Translations under genes and position numbers: made by a program | Origin: an uncultured Bacilli bacterium | Lineage (GTDB): Bacteria > Bacillota_I > Bacilli_A > RF39 > UBA660 | DNA length: 64,000 bases | NCBI GenBank assembly: GCA_934148535.1 | Contig: CAKPDF010000004.1 | Span: 32,169 to 96,168, forward strand | Direction: 5' to 3' | Shown here: piece after piece, positions 49,890 through 59,188 of the stretch | Numbering within the stretch: position 1 is the stretch's first letter | Layout of the letters: every line of letters begins with the position of its first letter | Notes under the pieces: generated by a model | Told to the model about the DNA's origin: nothing | The model's database searches: none | The model's input: the letters and a program-made list of their open reading frames with translations, nothing else

Positions 49890-50598
49890 TCAAAGTATAT
49901 CAAAAGCATTAGATATGCCTGCTAACTTATTCTCTAATTTAGGTGGAAAAAGTTTTGCTACAAAAATTAATGAACCACAAAGTACTAGTAATATAGTTAA
50001 AACTAATAATGAATTAGCAGAAGATATGAAAGAATATTATCAAAGCGGTGATATAAAACTAAATAAATTATCAAACCAAAAACAATATAGAAATAGATTA
50101 AATAAAATGTATGAAAGTTTAAAAGGATTGTCCCCAATTGATAGTGAAGTAAAAGATACATTATTTACAAGTAACTATATAGAAAAAGGAATAGTAATTA
50201 AACCAACAATAGAAGAAATGAAACAATTCTGGACTGAATATCGCCTAATGAATAATGAAAAAACTAAAGAACAAAGAAGATATAATAATCCAACATCTCT
50301 ATATACAAATAAAGAATCAGATGAATTTGATGTATTATTTGATAAATTAACTAATAAAGTAACAGAAATAAATGAATATATAGATGAATTAAAAGAATTA
50401 AAAGCTAGTGTTGATAAAAAAGAAAAAGAAGTAGCGCAAAATCAAGAAAAATTAGAAATAGATAGACAAACGTTCTTAAACTATAAACAAGAAGAAGAAG
50501 AAAAAATAAGAAAACAAAAAGAAAATCTAAAAAATAATTTCAATAAATTACAAAATATAATAGATAGTTTAGATACAAAATTAAATGAAGTAGAGTAA
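49882..50598 (+). CDS. Hypothetical coiled-coil protein
   Basis: Overlaps the upstream stop. C-terminal half is strongly heptad/charged. Confidence 0.4.
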   Translation: MNNQSISKALDMPANLFSNLGGKSFATKINEPQSTSNIVKTNNELAEDMKEYYQSGDIKLNKLSNQKQYRNRLNKMYESLKGLSPIDSEVKDTLFTSNYIEKGIVIKPTIEEMKQFWTEYRLMNNEKTKEQRRYNNPTSLYTNKESDEFDVLFDKLTNKVTEINEYIDELKELKASVDKKEKEVAQNQEKLEIDRQTFLNYKQEEEEKIRKQKENLKNNFNKLQNIIDSLDTKLNEVE

Positions 50599-50774
50599 TA
50601 CTTCTTTTTTTATAAAATTATAAAAAATAAAGTAAAGTTAGGTACTACTAATAATTTTATTAAAATATAAAATAAATGTCTGAAATTAAAAGAAGAAATT
50701 TCCTAAGAAGTTTCTCCTTTTATAAATAATATTTTCATAATTAGTATAAATAATTAAATAAAAGTAGAGTAGGT

Positions 50775-50807
50775 ATAAAACAAAAAAGAACTTGATTTCA
50801 AGTTCTT
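50775..50807 (-). terminator. Rho-independent terminator of the Val-Thr-Tyr-Gln-Lys tRNA operon (minus strand)
   Basis: On the minus strand: AAGAACTTGA-AA-TCAAGTTCTT hairpin followed by TTTTTTGTTTT. Confidence 0.65.
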
Positions 50808-50819
50808 TTAAATTCATAA

Positions 50820-50895
50820 TGGTGTCCCGTATGAGATTTGAACTCATGACCCTTTGATTAAAAGTCAAATGCTCTACCGGCTGAGCTAACGGAAC
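50820..50895 (-). tRNA. tRNA-Lys (anticodon TTT), CCA encoded
   Basis: Hand-folded cloverleaf. Anticodon loop CTTTTAA. 7-bp acceptor stem. Terminal CCA encoded. Confidence 0.85.
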
Positions 50896-50902
50896 ATAGA
50901 TA

Positions 50903-50977
50903 TGGTTGCCTCGGCTAGACTCGAACTAGCGAATGCCACAGTCAAAGTGTGGTGCCTTACCGCTTGGCTACGAGGCA
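50903..50977 (-). tRNA. tRNA-Gln (anticodon TTG), CCA encoded
   Basis: Anticodon loop CTTTGAC. T-arm GCTAG-TTCGAGT-CTAGC. Acceptor TGCCTCG/CGAGGCA. Confidence 0.8.
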
Positions 50978-50999
50978 ATTACCGTTGGAACAAATAAAG

Positions 51000-51083
51000 T
51001 GGTGGAAGGAGATGGATTCGAACCATCGAACCCGAAGGAACAGATTTACAGTCTGCCGCGTTTAGCCACTTCGCTACCCTTCC
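51000..51083 (-). tRNA. tRNA-Tyr (anticodon GTA), long variable arm, CCA encoded
   Basis: Anticodon loop CTGTAAA. 84-85 nt with an extra arm, as for bacterial tRNA-Tyr. Confidence 0.8.
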
Positions 51084-51090
51084 AAAAAAA

Positions 51091-51167
<77 letters not shown>

Positions 51168-51173
51168 AAAAAA

Positions 51174-51250
51174 TGGTGGGCGATATAGGACTCGAACCTA
51201 TGACCCCTTGCTTGTAAGGCAAGTGCTCTAACCAACTGAGCTAATCGCCC
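51174..51250 (-). tRNA. tRNA-Val (anticodon TAC), CCA encoded
   Basis: Anticodon stem-loop CTTGC-CTTACAA-GCAAG. Acceptor GGGCGAT/ATCGCCC. Confidence 0.85.
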
Positions 51251-51270
51251 ATAACCCGTTGACAGTTAAT

Positions 51271-51300
51271 AATATACCATTTTATACTATAATTTGTCAA
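51271..51300 (-). promoter_or_regulatory. Sigma-A-type promoter of the tRNA operon
   Basis: On the minus strand: TTGACA (complement of 51295-51300), 18-nt spacer ending in TG, then TATATT (complement of 51271-51276). About 20 nt upstream of tRNA-Val. Confidence 0.6.
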
Positions 51301-51327
51301 TAGTTTTTTTAAGAATTTTTAAATTTT

Positions 51328-51687
51328 TTAAATTTTATCAGTAATTTCCTTTATTTTAGCATTTATCCATTTCTCTAAATTCTCTTGCAAAGGCAAAAAA
51401 CCATTTTTAGTTTCAGCCATTCTCTTAATCCTAGAACCATCATTTTTATAATCTATATCTTTTATACTAAGTTTAACATGTTTGTTTTCATCATTAACTT
51501 CTACAACCTCAGCATAAATATCTTCGCCAACAGATAAATAATCAGAAATATTTTTTACAAATCCATAAGAAATTTCTGAAATATGAATTAATCCCTCGTA
51601 TTCTGAATTGATATCTGCAAAAGCACCATAGTTTTGAACTCCAGTAATAGTAACTTTAACTATATCTTTTTCTTTAAGTTTATTCAA
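51328..51687 (-). CDS. S1 RNA-binding domain protein (YugI/general stress protein 13-like)
   Basis: S1 domain KVTITGVQNYGAFADI...GLIHISEISYGFVKNISDYLSVGEDIYAEVVEVN. Confidence 0.75.
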   Translation of the reverse strand: MNKLKEKDIVKVTITGVQNYGAFADINSEYEGLIHISEISYGFVKNISDYLSVGEDIYAEVVEVNDENKHVKLSIKDIDYKNDGSRIKRMAETKNGFLPLQENLEKWINAKIKEITDKI

Positions 51688-51792
51688 AAGTAATCACCAC
51701 CAATACACACATTATAGCACTTTTTACCCATATTTCAAAGTTTTTATTGTATTTTTAGAGAAAAACCACTATAATTATATTGGTGATTGCAA

Positions 51793-52032
51793 ATGAAAGA
51801 AAAAAAAGACATAGAGAAAAGAATAATTGAAGTATTAGATAAAGTAAGACCATATTTACAAAATGATGGTGGAAATGTAACGTACAAAAGATATGAAGAT
51901 GGAGTAGTATATGTAAAACTAGAAGGAGCATGCTCTAACTGTCCAATGGCAATAATGACTCTAGAAGATGGCATAGAAAATGCTCTAACAACAGAAATAC
52001 CAGAAGTAGTAAAAGTTGTAAATGAAGATTAA
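51793..52032 (+). CDS. NifU-like (Nfu C-terminal domain) Fe-S cluster protein
   Basis: ...RPYLQNDGGNV...CSNCP... CxxC motif of the Nfu/NifU C-terminal domain. RBS TGGTGA before the ATG at 51793. Confidence 0.7.
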   Translation: MKEKKDIEKRIIEVLDKVRPYLQNDGGNVTYKRYEDGVVYVKLEGACSNCPMAIMTLEDGIENALTTEIPEVVKVVNED

Positions 52033-52048
52033 TTAATGAGGCAAGACC

Positions 52049-52975
52049 TCATTTTTTTTTATTACAAAACCATAAGTTTGTATTAATATCATAAAATTTT
52101 TTAAAATATAAGAATACATCATTTAAATATTTCTCATATTCTACACACCTTGAAGTTATCTTTAAAATACAAGATTCATCTCTTTTACCATTAATAATAT
52201 CATCAATAATATCAAAATAGAAACTAGGATAAATAACTCTAGAAATAATTAAACAAACACCATAATAAGAAAAATAATTATATTTAAAATATTCATCTAA
52301 CTCCTCAAAAATATTAAAATTATCATTCCAAAAAGAAACCTTTATATATTCACTAATATCTCTAGACTTATGATCAATAATAATATTTAAGGGATCATAT
52401 AACTCATAAATAGAATAATTGCTATTAATAATATCATGAGAAATAACCCCAATATCATTATCGGACATTCTATTATTTTTAATACTCATATTAAGATAGC
52501 TAATTGCATTTTCAGCCATTCCTACAAAATAATTAAAACTATCTACAATTAATTGATATTTCTTATAATTCTGCTCCATAAAGTATTCCAAATAATCAAT
52601 CTTAGAACTCCATAAATAAGCCCAATTACCTCTCATCAATTTATCATCATAATTGCATCTGTAAGAAGATAAATAATTAATTTCAGATAAAGTTATACGT
52701 TTATTAATATTAATAACAACCTTAATTAAAATATATGGTAACTTATTGACGATAGTAACAACATTATTATTTCTATTATCAATAATCTCATTAACTAAAA
52801 TATTATTATTAATCATATTCTTATTAAGCTCCATTATAGCAAATCTATCTTCATATTTTCTATTATATAATTTAAAATAATATAACTCATTATCAACATA
52901 AAAATAATAATAATCAAACATCTTATAAATATTATCAGGATTTAAATTATAATAATAATTAATAGTGCTTTTCAT
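52049..52975 (-). CDS. CotS/aminoglycoside-phosphotransferase-like protein (possible spore coat protein)
   Basis: Tyr/Asn-rich 308-aa protein with APH-like segments (VISHDIINSN..., IIDHKSRDISEYI). Tentative. Confidence 0.35.
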   Translation of the reverse strand: MKSTINYYYNLNPDNIYKMFDYYYFYVDNELYYFKLYNRKYEDRFAIMELNKNMINNNILVNEIIDNRNNNVVTIVNKLPYILIKVVININKRITLSEINYLSSYRCNYDDKLMRGNWAYLWSSKIDYLEYFMEQNYKKYQLIVDSFNYFVGMAENAISYLNMSIKNNRMSDNDIGVISHDIINSNYSIYELYDPLNIIIDHKSRDISEYIKVSFWNDNFNIFEELDEYFKYNYFSYYGVCLIISRVIYPSFYFDIIDDIINGKRDESCILKITSRCVEYEKYLNDVFLYFKKFYDINTNLWFCNKKK

Positions 52976-53058
52976 ATAATCCCCTCTACCTAATTTTATT
53001 ACTTATATTTTAATTTATTAAAAATAATGATATACTTAAAACAAGGAAGTGAGAAAAT

Positions 53059-54258
53059 ATGGAATATCTTATAACAGACTTAAATCATTTAGGACAAGGA
53101 ATTACTAGAATAGATAATAAAATAACCTTTGTTTCCAAAACAGTAAGTGGGGACATTATAAATTTAGAAATAACAAAATCACATAAAAATTACAATGAAG
53201 CAAAATTATTAAAAATAGTCAAACCATCTCCTGATAGAATAGAGTATAAATGTCCATATTATAATAAATGTGGAGGCTGTAATATAGCAAATTTAGAATA
53301 TACTAATCAATTAAAATATAAAAAAGAAAAAGTAATAAATATCTTTAAAAAATATAATAAAATAGATATAAATCCAACAATCATTGCATCAGATGAAATT
53401 CTCCATTATAGAAATAAAATAACATTACAATATAATGAAAAATTAGGATTATATGAAGAAAAAACTCATAATATAATTGAAATTCAAGAATGTCTTTTAA
53501 TGCCACAAAAAGTAAATGATATTATAAAATTATTAAATAAATATAATTACAATACATCACTACAAAAAATAGTTATTAGAATAATTAATAATCAAGTAAT
53601 GATAAATATCATCGCTAAAGATATTCCTAAGTCTTTAATAGAAATATTAAAAAATCTTGATGTATCAGTATATCATAATTCAAAATATATAAGTGGTAAT
53701 AAAGTATTAATAGAAACATTGAATAACTATAAATTTTCTATCTTACCAGATTCATTCTTTCAAATAAATAAAAAACAAACAATAAATTTATATAATCAAA
53801 TAGTAGAATATGCAAATCCCCAAAAAGAAGATAAAGTATTAGATTTATATTGTGGAGTAGGAACAATAGGTATATACTTATCAAAATATTGTAAAGAAGT
53901 ATTAGGAATAGAAATAAATAAAAGTTCTATAGAAAATGCAAATATCAATAAAAAATTAAATAATGTAGAAAATATATCATTTATAGAAGCAGATGTATCT
54001 AAAGTATTAAGTATTAAATATAAAGCAGATATAATAATAGTAGACCCACCAAGAAGTGGACTTGATAAAAATACTATAGAAACTTTAATAAAAATAAATC
54101 CTAAAAAGATAGTGTATGTATCATGTGACCCAATAACATTATCAAGAGATATAAATCTATTAAAAAATAATTATATATTAAAAGATATAAAATTATATGA
54201 TATGTTTCCAGAAACTTATCATGTGGAGAGTGTATGTGTGTTAGAAAGAAGGAGATAA
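53059..54258 (+). CDS. rlmD: 23S rRNA (uracil-C5)-methyltransferase, RumA/RlmD family (TRAM + 4Fe-4S + SAM MTase)
   Basis: Cys cluster CPYYNKCGGCN, SAM motif LDLYCGVGTIG, DPPRSG motif, catalytic Cys in VYVSCDP. Confidence 0.85.
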   Translation: MEYLITDLNHLGQGITRIDNKITFVSKTVSGDIINLEITKSHKNYNEAKLLKIVKPSPDRIEYKCPYYNKCGGCNIANLEYTNQLKYKKEKVINIFKKYNKIDINPTIIASDEILHYRNKITLQYNEKLGLYEEKTHNIIEIQECLLMPQKVNDIIKLLNKYNYNTSLQKIVIRIINNQVMINIIAKDIPKSLIEILKNLDVSVYHNSKYISGNKVLIETLNNYKFSILPDSFFQINKKQTINLYNQIVEYANPQKEDKVLDLYCGVGTIGIYLSKYCKEVLGIEINKSSIENANINKKLNNVENISFIEADVSKVLSIKYKADIIIVDPPRSGLDKNTIETLIKINPKKIVYVSCDPITLSRDINLLKNNYILKDIKLYDMFPETYHVESVCVLERRR

Positions 54259-54582
54259 TAAAAGAATATATATAATAATTTTGAACTTGATAAAAATTCA
54301 ACTGCCGAGAAATTCTCGATAGTTCAAACAGAAGGGAATAGAAATGTTAAATATTGAATTTTACAATCTAGATGTAATAATATCAGTTAGATATAAAGTA
54401 AATCTAATAAGAGCTACACAATTTAGATGATAGGCTATAAAAGTGTTTTAAAAATATTTACTATTCAAGGTAACACTTTAAATAAAGAATAAAGCAAGAT
54501 AAATTATATAAATCAGATTTTGATTTATTATTAGAAGAAAACATTAAAGAGTAATTTCAGAAAAGATTGGAGTTGAAAAAGT

Positions 54583-55323
54583 ATGGAAACATTTGAAATA
54601 GTATTTGGCCATTCTTGTTACTGTACTATGAAAAAAAGTAATCTTAATAATAATATTTTAATATTTAATGCAATATTTAATGTAGGTGATTTATCGAATA
54701 TAAAAAATTACAAAATTAAAATACCTGATGAATTATATTTTGAAGAAAAGAATGTTAATTTCAAAAATGAGTATAACATTATTGTAGATAATATAAAGTC
54801 AAAAAATAAAATAAGAGTATGGACAGGAAGGAAAGATATTTATTCATATTTAATAATGTTGTATGTATGTAGTATTATAAAAAAATATAATTATGAACTT
54901 TATGTTTTATATTGCGATGAATATAATAAAGATTATCCATCTCCTAGAGTGATGGATGAAAAAGAACTTGAATCTCTAACAAGATTAGAACATAAATTAA
55001 CAAATAAAGAAATAGAAGAAAATGTAAAAACCTGGAATGAATTAGTTAACAAAAACTCTGATTTAAGAATAATCAATAATGATAGTGTGAAATCTGTTTC
55101 ATTTGATTTTTATGATGATTATATTTTAAAAAAATTAAAATCAATTGGTAAAATTAAAATCAGCAAATTGGTAGGAATAATAATGCAAGACATATATTTA
55201 ATTGATAACATGATTATTTATTTAATAAACAGGTTAATAAAGAGTAAAAAGATAAAAATAACATTAGTTAATAATGATAAATACCCAGAAAATTTAATAG
55301 AAATAAATGACGAAAAAGTTTAG
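54583..55323 (+). CDS. DUF1835(/DUF3658)-family protein
   Basis: N-terminal FEIVFGHS... resembles the DUF1835 HIVFGxS start. Confidence 0.4.
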   Translation: METFEIVFGHSCYCTMKKSNLNNNILIFNAIFNVGDLSNIKNYKIKIPDELYFEEKNVNFKNEYNIIVDNIKSKNKIRVWTGRKDIYSYLIMLYVCSIIKKYNYELYVLYCDEYNKDYPSPRVMDEKELESLTRLEHKLTNKEIEENVKTWNELVNKNSDLRIINNDSVKSVSFDFYDDYILKKLKSIGKIKISKLVGIIMQDIYLIDNMIIYLINRLIKSKKIKITLVNNDKYPENLIEINDEKV

Positions 55324-55460
55324 ATATTAACTTTTCATATAAACAAAACAATGGTTATTAAACATATCAAAAATAATGTTCAGAATTAAAGTTTAACTAG
55401 TAAATAATTTCTTACTAGTTCAAAAGAAAAGTTATTATAAGTTTTAGGAGAAAAATAATT

Positions 55461-55958
55461 ATGAAAAAATCAAAACAAATATTAAAAACAATAGTTAAAA
55501 TATCATTAGCATTATATATATTATTAATTACATGGATAATAGTATTCAAATTTAGAATAGATATTACAAGTTTAAAATATATTCGTTCCATTAATTTAAT
55601 ACCATTTAAAACAAATGGCGCAATTAATGGAATGAAAGAAACACTTGTTAATTTAATTTTATTTATTCCATTTGGAATGTACTTAGAATATCTATTAAAG
55701 ATAAAAAAATTAAACATAATAATAATTATATTAACTTCTTTTTGTTATGAAATTATGCAATATATTTTTCATATTGGAGTATCAGATATAACAGATATAA
55801 TTATGAATACACTAGGTGGTATCATTGGAATATTATTAATTTATATGTATTTTTATTTAATTAACAAAATTAAAAATAATAAAATATACAAAAACTTATT
55901 AGAAATATTATTAATAATTATTCCAACATTAATACTTGCAATGCTATTTCTAATTTAA
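55461..55958 (+). CDS. VanZ-like family membrane protein
   Basis: 4 TM helices with NLIPFKT..., FIPFGMYLEY and NTLGGIIGIL segments typical of VanZ-like proteins. Confidence 0.55.
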   Translation: MKKSKQILKTIVKISLALYILLITWIIVFKFRIDITSLKYIRSINLIPFKTNGAINGMKETLVNLILFIPFGMYLEYLLKIKKLNIIIIILTSFCYEIMQYIFHIGVSDITDIIMNTLGGIIGILLIYMYFYLINKIKNNKIYKNLLEILLIIIPTLILAMLFLI

Positions 55959-56056
55959 TAAAGTTAAAAATAATATAAATTTTAAAACTCTAGAAATATT
56001 TCCTGTTAAATTTTATTATTAAGTAGGATAATGGAATACGAAAAGGAGAGATTTTT

Positions 56057-56767
56057 ATGAATCAAGAAAAAATTGGAAAATTTATTTTAGAATGCAGAAA
56101 AAACAAAAAGTTAACTCAATCTGAATTAGCAGAAAAATTAGGAGTTACTGATAAATCAATTAGTAATTGGGAAAACGGAAGAAATATGCCAGATTTATCA
56201 TTGTTTAAACCATTATGTGAAATATTAGATATTTCGATTAATGATTTAATAAGTGGTGAGAAAATATCAGAAGATAAATATCAAGAAAAACTAGAAGAAA
56301 ATATTATTAGTACTATTGATTATACAAACAAAAAAGTATTAGAAAAAAATAATATAATCAATATTATCTTTATTTCTTTTGGAATAATTTTAGCAATATC
56401 AGCAATGACTATATTCCCAAGTGAAAGCAGTTGGGGAAGTATTTATTCTATATTTGGAGTATTATTATCACTAATTGGTGTTTTAAGATTTACAAAAAAG
56501 TTAAATTATTACAAAATATTATTGATTAATTTAGGATATTTTATTATATTTATTATAGTGCTACTAATTATTGATTATCTAAGTGTAATTAATATTAAAC
56601 AAGCACCAAGATTTTCCATTTATAAAATATCATCTGAAAATGCAATTTATTATGATACATTATTTTATGATGTCGTTAGATGTAATAAAGATACTAAAGA
56701 CAAATATTATAAAATCATCAAAAATCAAAACTATGATAAACAGAATATTCAGAAATATTGTAAATAG
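56057..56767 (+). CDS. XRE-family HTH regulator fused to C-terminal transmembrane segments (membrane-anchored regulator)
   Basis: HTH_3 LTQSELAEKLGVTDKSISNWENGRNMPDLSLFKPLCEILDISINDLISG, followed by ~3 TM helices. Confidence 0.7.
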   Translation: MNQEKIGKFILECRKNKKLTQSELAEKLGVTDKSISNWENGRNMPDLSLFKPLCEILDISINDLISGEKISEDKYQEKLEENIISTIDYTNKKVLEKNNIINIIFISFGIILAISAMTIFPSESSWGSIYSIFGVLLSLIGVLRFTKKLNYYKILLINLGYFIIFIIVLLIIDYLSVINIKQAPRFSIYKISSENAIYYDTLFYDVVRCNKDTKDKYYKIIKNQNYDKQNIQKYCK

Positions 56768-56785
56768 TTATATTTTAGAATAAAA

Positions 56786-57190
56786 GTGAGGTTATATATG
56801 AAAAAGAAATTGTTGTTAATAACTATATCAATATCATTAATACTATTAATATTAATAGTAATAATAAGAAACATTCCATTAGGTTACACACTAGAAAGTA
56901 CAATATATGAAAAAGAAATTAGTAGCCAAACAATAATATTAGGAATACCTAAATTATCATTTCATAAAAATATTGATCACTATAACTTCTCGTATAAAAA
57001 TATAAGAGGAAAGAAAGTTATAACAAAAGAAATAAATGACTTTTTAAAAACATTACAACCAATAGAATGTAAAAATAATACATATTACTATAATGCAAAA
57101 GAAAGTTATACAATAACTAAATATCAAGTAGAAAATCATTATTTTTATACTACAATTTATTATCAAGTAAAAGAAGGAAGATATTGTTAA
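56786..57190 (+). CDS. Hypothetical signal-anchored protein
   Basis: N-terminal hydrophobic segment. No motif recognised. Confidence 0.35.
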   Translation: MRLYMKKKLLLITISISLILLILIVIIRNIPLGYTLESTIYEKEISSQTIILGIPKLSFHKNIDHYNFSYKNIRGKKVITKEINDFLKTLQPIECKNNTYYYNAKESYTITKYQVENHYFYTTIYYQVKEGRYC

Positions 57191-57225
57191 GTTTAATAAT
57201 CGTAAAAATTAGGAAGTGTGTTTAA

Positions 57226-57966
57226 ATGAATTTTGAAAATAATTTAATACTTAAGAAGATAATATTAGATAGAGAAAGAATTAAGGATTTTTCTAAATAT
57301 CCATTTAATATTGAAGTAGTAAAAAATTTTAAAGAACTAAACATTACCTCACCAGTTACATTCCTTGTAGGTGAAAATGGTATAGGTAAATCAACTTTCA
57401 TTGAAGCAATAGCGGTTTCACTTGGATTACCACCTGAAGGAGGTACCCAAAACTTTAGATACACAACTAATAATACAACTTCGAATCTATCTAGTTATTT
57501 AAAAGTGTGTACCACTAAAGTACCAGAAACAAAATTCTTTTTAAGAGCAGAAACATTCTATAATTTTTCTACTGAAGTTCAAAGATTAGCAGAAGAAGAT
57601 GATTATTATGAACTTTACAATTCATATGGTGGTAATCTCCACAATTGTTCTCATGGAGAATCATTCTTACAATTAGTAAAAAATAGATTTAGTAAAAATG
57701 GATTATACATCCTAGATGAGCCAGAAGCAGCATTATCTCCTCAAAGACAATTATCATTATTATGCCTTATAAATGAATTAGTTAATGATGGAAGTCAATT
57801 CATAATTGCAACTCATTCCCCAATTTTAATAAGTTATCGTAATGGCAAAATATTAGATTTAAATAACAACTTTGAAGAAATAAATTACAAAGAAACAGAA
57901 ACATATAAAATATACAAAATGTATTTAGATAATGCTGAAAATATGCAACATAGATTATTTGATTAA
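57226..57966 (+). CDS. Stand-alone AAA_21/ABC-type ATPase (SMC-like P-loop NTPase)
   Basis: Walker A FLVGENGIGKST, Q-loop, Walker B LYILDEPEAALSP, H-loop IIATHSP. 246 aa with no transporter partner. Confidence 0.7.
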   Translation: MNFENNLILKKIILDRERIKDFSKYPFNIEVVKNFKELNITSPVTFLVGENGIGKSTFIEAIAVSLGLPPEGGTQNFRYTTNNTTSNLSSYLKVCTTKVPETKFFLRAETFYNFSTEVQRLAEEDDYYELYNSYGGNLHNCSHGESFLQLVKNRFSKNGLYILDEPEAALSPQRQLSLLCLINELVNDGSQFIIATHSPILISYRNGKILDLNNNFEEINYKETETYKIYKMYLDNAENMQHRLFD

Positions 57967-57999
57967 TGATTATAAAAAGAAGTAAGAAGGAAGTAGATC

Positions 58000-58635
58000 A
58001 TGAAGAAGTATCAAGAATATTTAAATAAAGATTATAAATTTGATAAAATAACATTTATAGGTATAATTGCTCTCTTAGTAGTAATAACAGGAATGTTTGG
58101 ATTTATCTATGAATACATATTTTATTATTTCAATGGAGGCATGAAACAATTATTTTGGAGAGGAGGTAACTTTTTTCCTTGGATAAATATTTATGCCACC
58201 GGTTCATTAATGATATTCTATTTTACATATAGATATAGAAAAAAACCATTAAAAGTATTTTTAATAAGTACTATCTCTACAGGCATATTAGAATATATAT
58301 CAGGACTAGGAATGTATATAATAGGAAATGGCAAAAGATGTTGGGATTATAATAAAGAAATATTAAATTTTGGAAATATAAATGGATTTGTTTGTCTAAG
58401 AAGTGTTCTTTTCTTTGGATTATCAAGTCTGTTATTAATATATGTAATAATTCCTCTATGTTTTTATTTAGCAAAAAAGTTAGATAAAAAAGTATTTTTA
58501 ACAATTAGCCTAACTCTATGTACTCTTATTTTAATAGATGAATTCTATAATCTCTTATTTGCAAGAATATTTCATTTAAAAAGAGCATATGATGTCTATA
58601 AAACATTTGGAGTACAATATGTAAAATTTAAATAA
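58000..58635 (+). CDS. Hypothetical polytopic membrane protein
   Basis: Predicted TM helices. No motif recognised. Confidence 0.4.
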   Translation: MKKYQEYLNKDYKFDKITFIGIIALLVVITGMFGFIYEYIFYYFNGGMKQLFWRGGNFFPWINIYATGSLMIFYFTYRYRKKPLKVFLISTISTGILEYISGLGMYIIGNGKRCWDYNKEILNFGNINGFVCLRSVLFFGLSSLLLIYVIIPLCFYLAKKLDKKVFLTISLTLCTLILIDEFYNLLFARIFHLKRAYDVYKTFGVQYVKFK

Positions 58636-58649
58636 AGGAGAGTATTTAT

Positions 58650-59156
58650 ATGGAATATGAAAAATTAATAAAAGAAAGATTTTCAAACAGATCATTTTCA
58701 GATGAATTACTAGAAAATGATAAACTAACTAAAATATTATATGCAGGTTCTCTTGCACCTACTGCTAAAAATAGACAACCCCAAAAAATATATGTAGTCA
58801 AAAGCACTGAAGGCTTACAAAAAATAGATGAAATAACAAAATGTAGATATAATGCTAAAACAGTACTAATAGTAGCAAGTGATAAAAATATTGCTTGGAA
58901 TAATAATAATTATTCAACCTATGAAATGGATGCAACAATAGTAGCAACCCATATGATGTTAGAAGCAACAAATTTAAACGTAGATAATATCTGGATAGAA
59001 ATGTTTGATAAAAATAAACTAAAAGAAATATTCAAACTAGAAGATAATATTGAACCAATATGTCTAATGCCATTAGGCTATAGAAAAGAAGATTCTAAAC
59101 CAAGCCCACTTCATAGCATAAGAAAACCACTTAAAGAAACAGTAAAGTATCTGTAA
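58650..59156 (+). CDS. Nitroreductase-family protein
   Basis: N-terminal RFSNRSF...LYAGSLAPTAKNRQP nitroreductase FMN-binding signature. Confidence 0.75.
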   Translation: MEYEKLIKERFSNRSFSDELLENDKLTKILYAGSLAPTAKNRQPQKIYVVKSTEGLQKIDEITKCRYNAKTVLIVASDKNIAWNNNNYSTYEMDATIVATHMMLEATNLNVDNIWIEMFDKNKLKEIFKLEDNIEPICLMPLGYRKEDSKPSPLHSIRKPLKETVKYL

Positions 59157-59188
59157 AATGTATTGTAAACTAAAAAGGAGAATGTAAA

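Noticed and set aside
49559-49909. 116-aa minus-strand ORF
   Set aside because: It is antisense to the DUF1292 gene and its promoter region. It has no RBS.
50686-50868. 60-aa minus-strand ORF
   Set aside because: It overlaps the tRNA-Lys gene and the operon terminator.
51259-51288. + strand TTGACA-18-TATACT promoter-like match facing the 3' end of the S1-domain gene
   Set aside because: It is probably a chance match in AT-rich DNA, mirror-adjacent to the real minus-strand tRNA promoter. Mentioned under the tRNA operon finding only.
54540-54565. CodY-box-like TAATTTCAGAAAAGA upstream of the DUF1835 gene
   Set aside because: It is one position off the AATTTTCWGAAAATT consensus, and such near-matches are frequent in AT-rich genomes.
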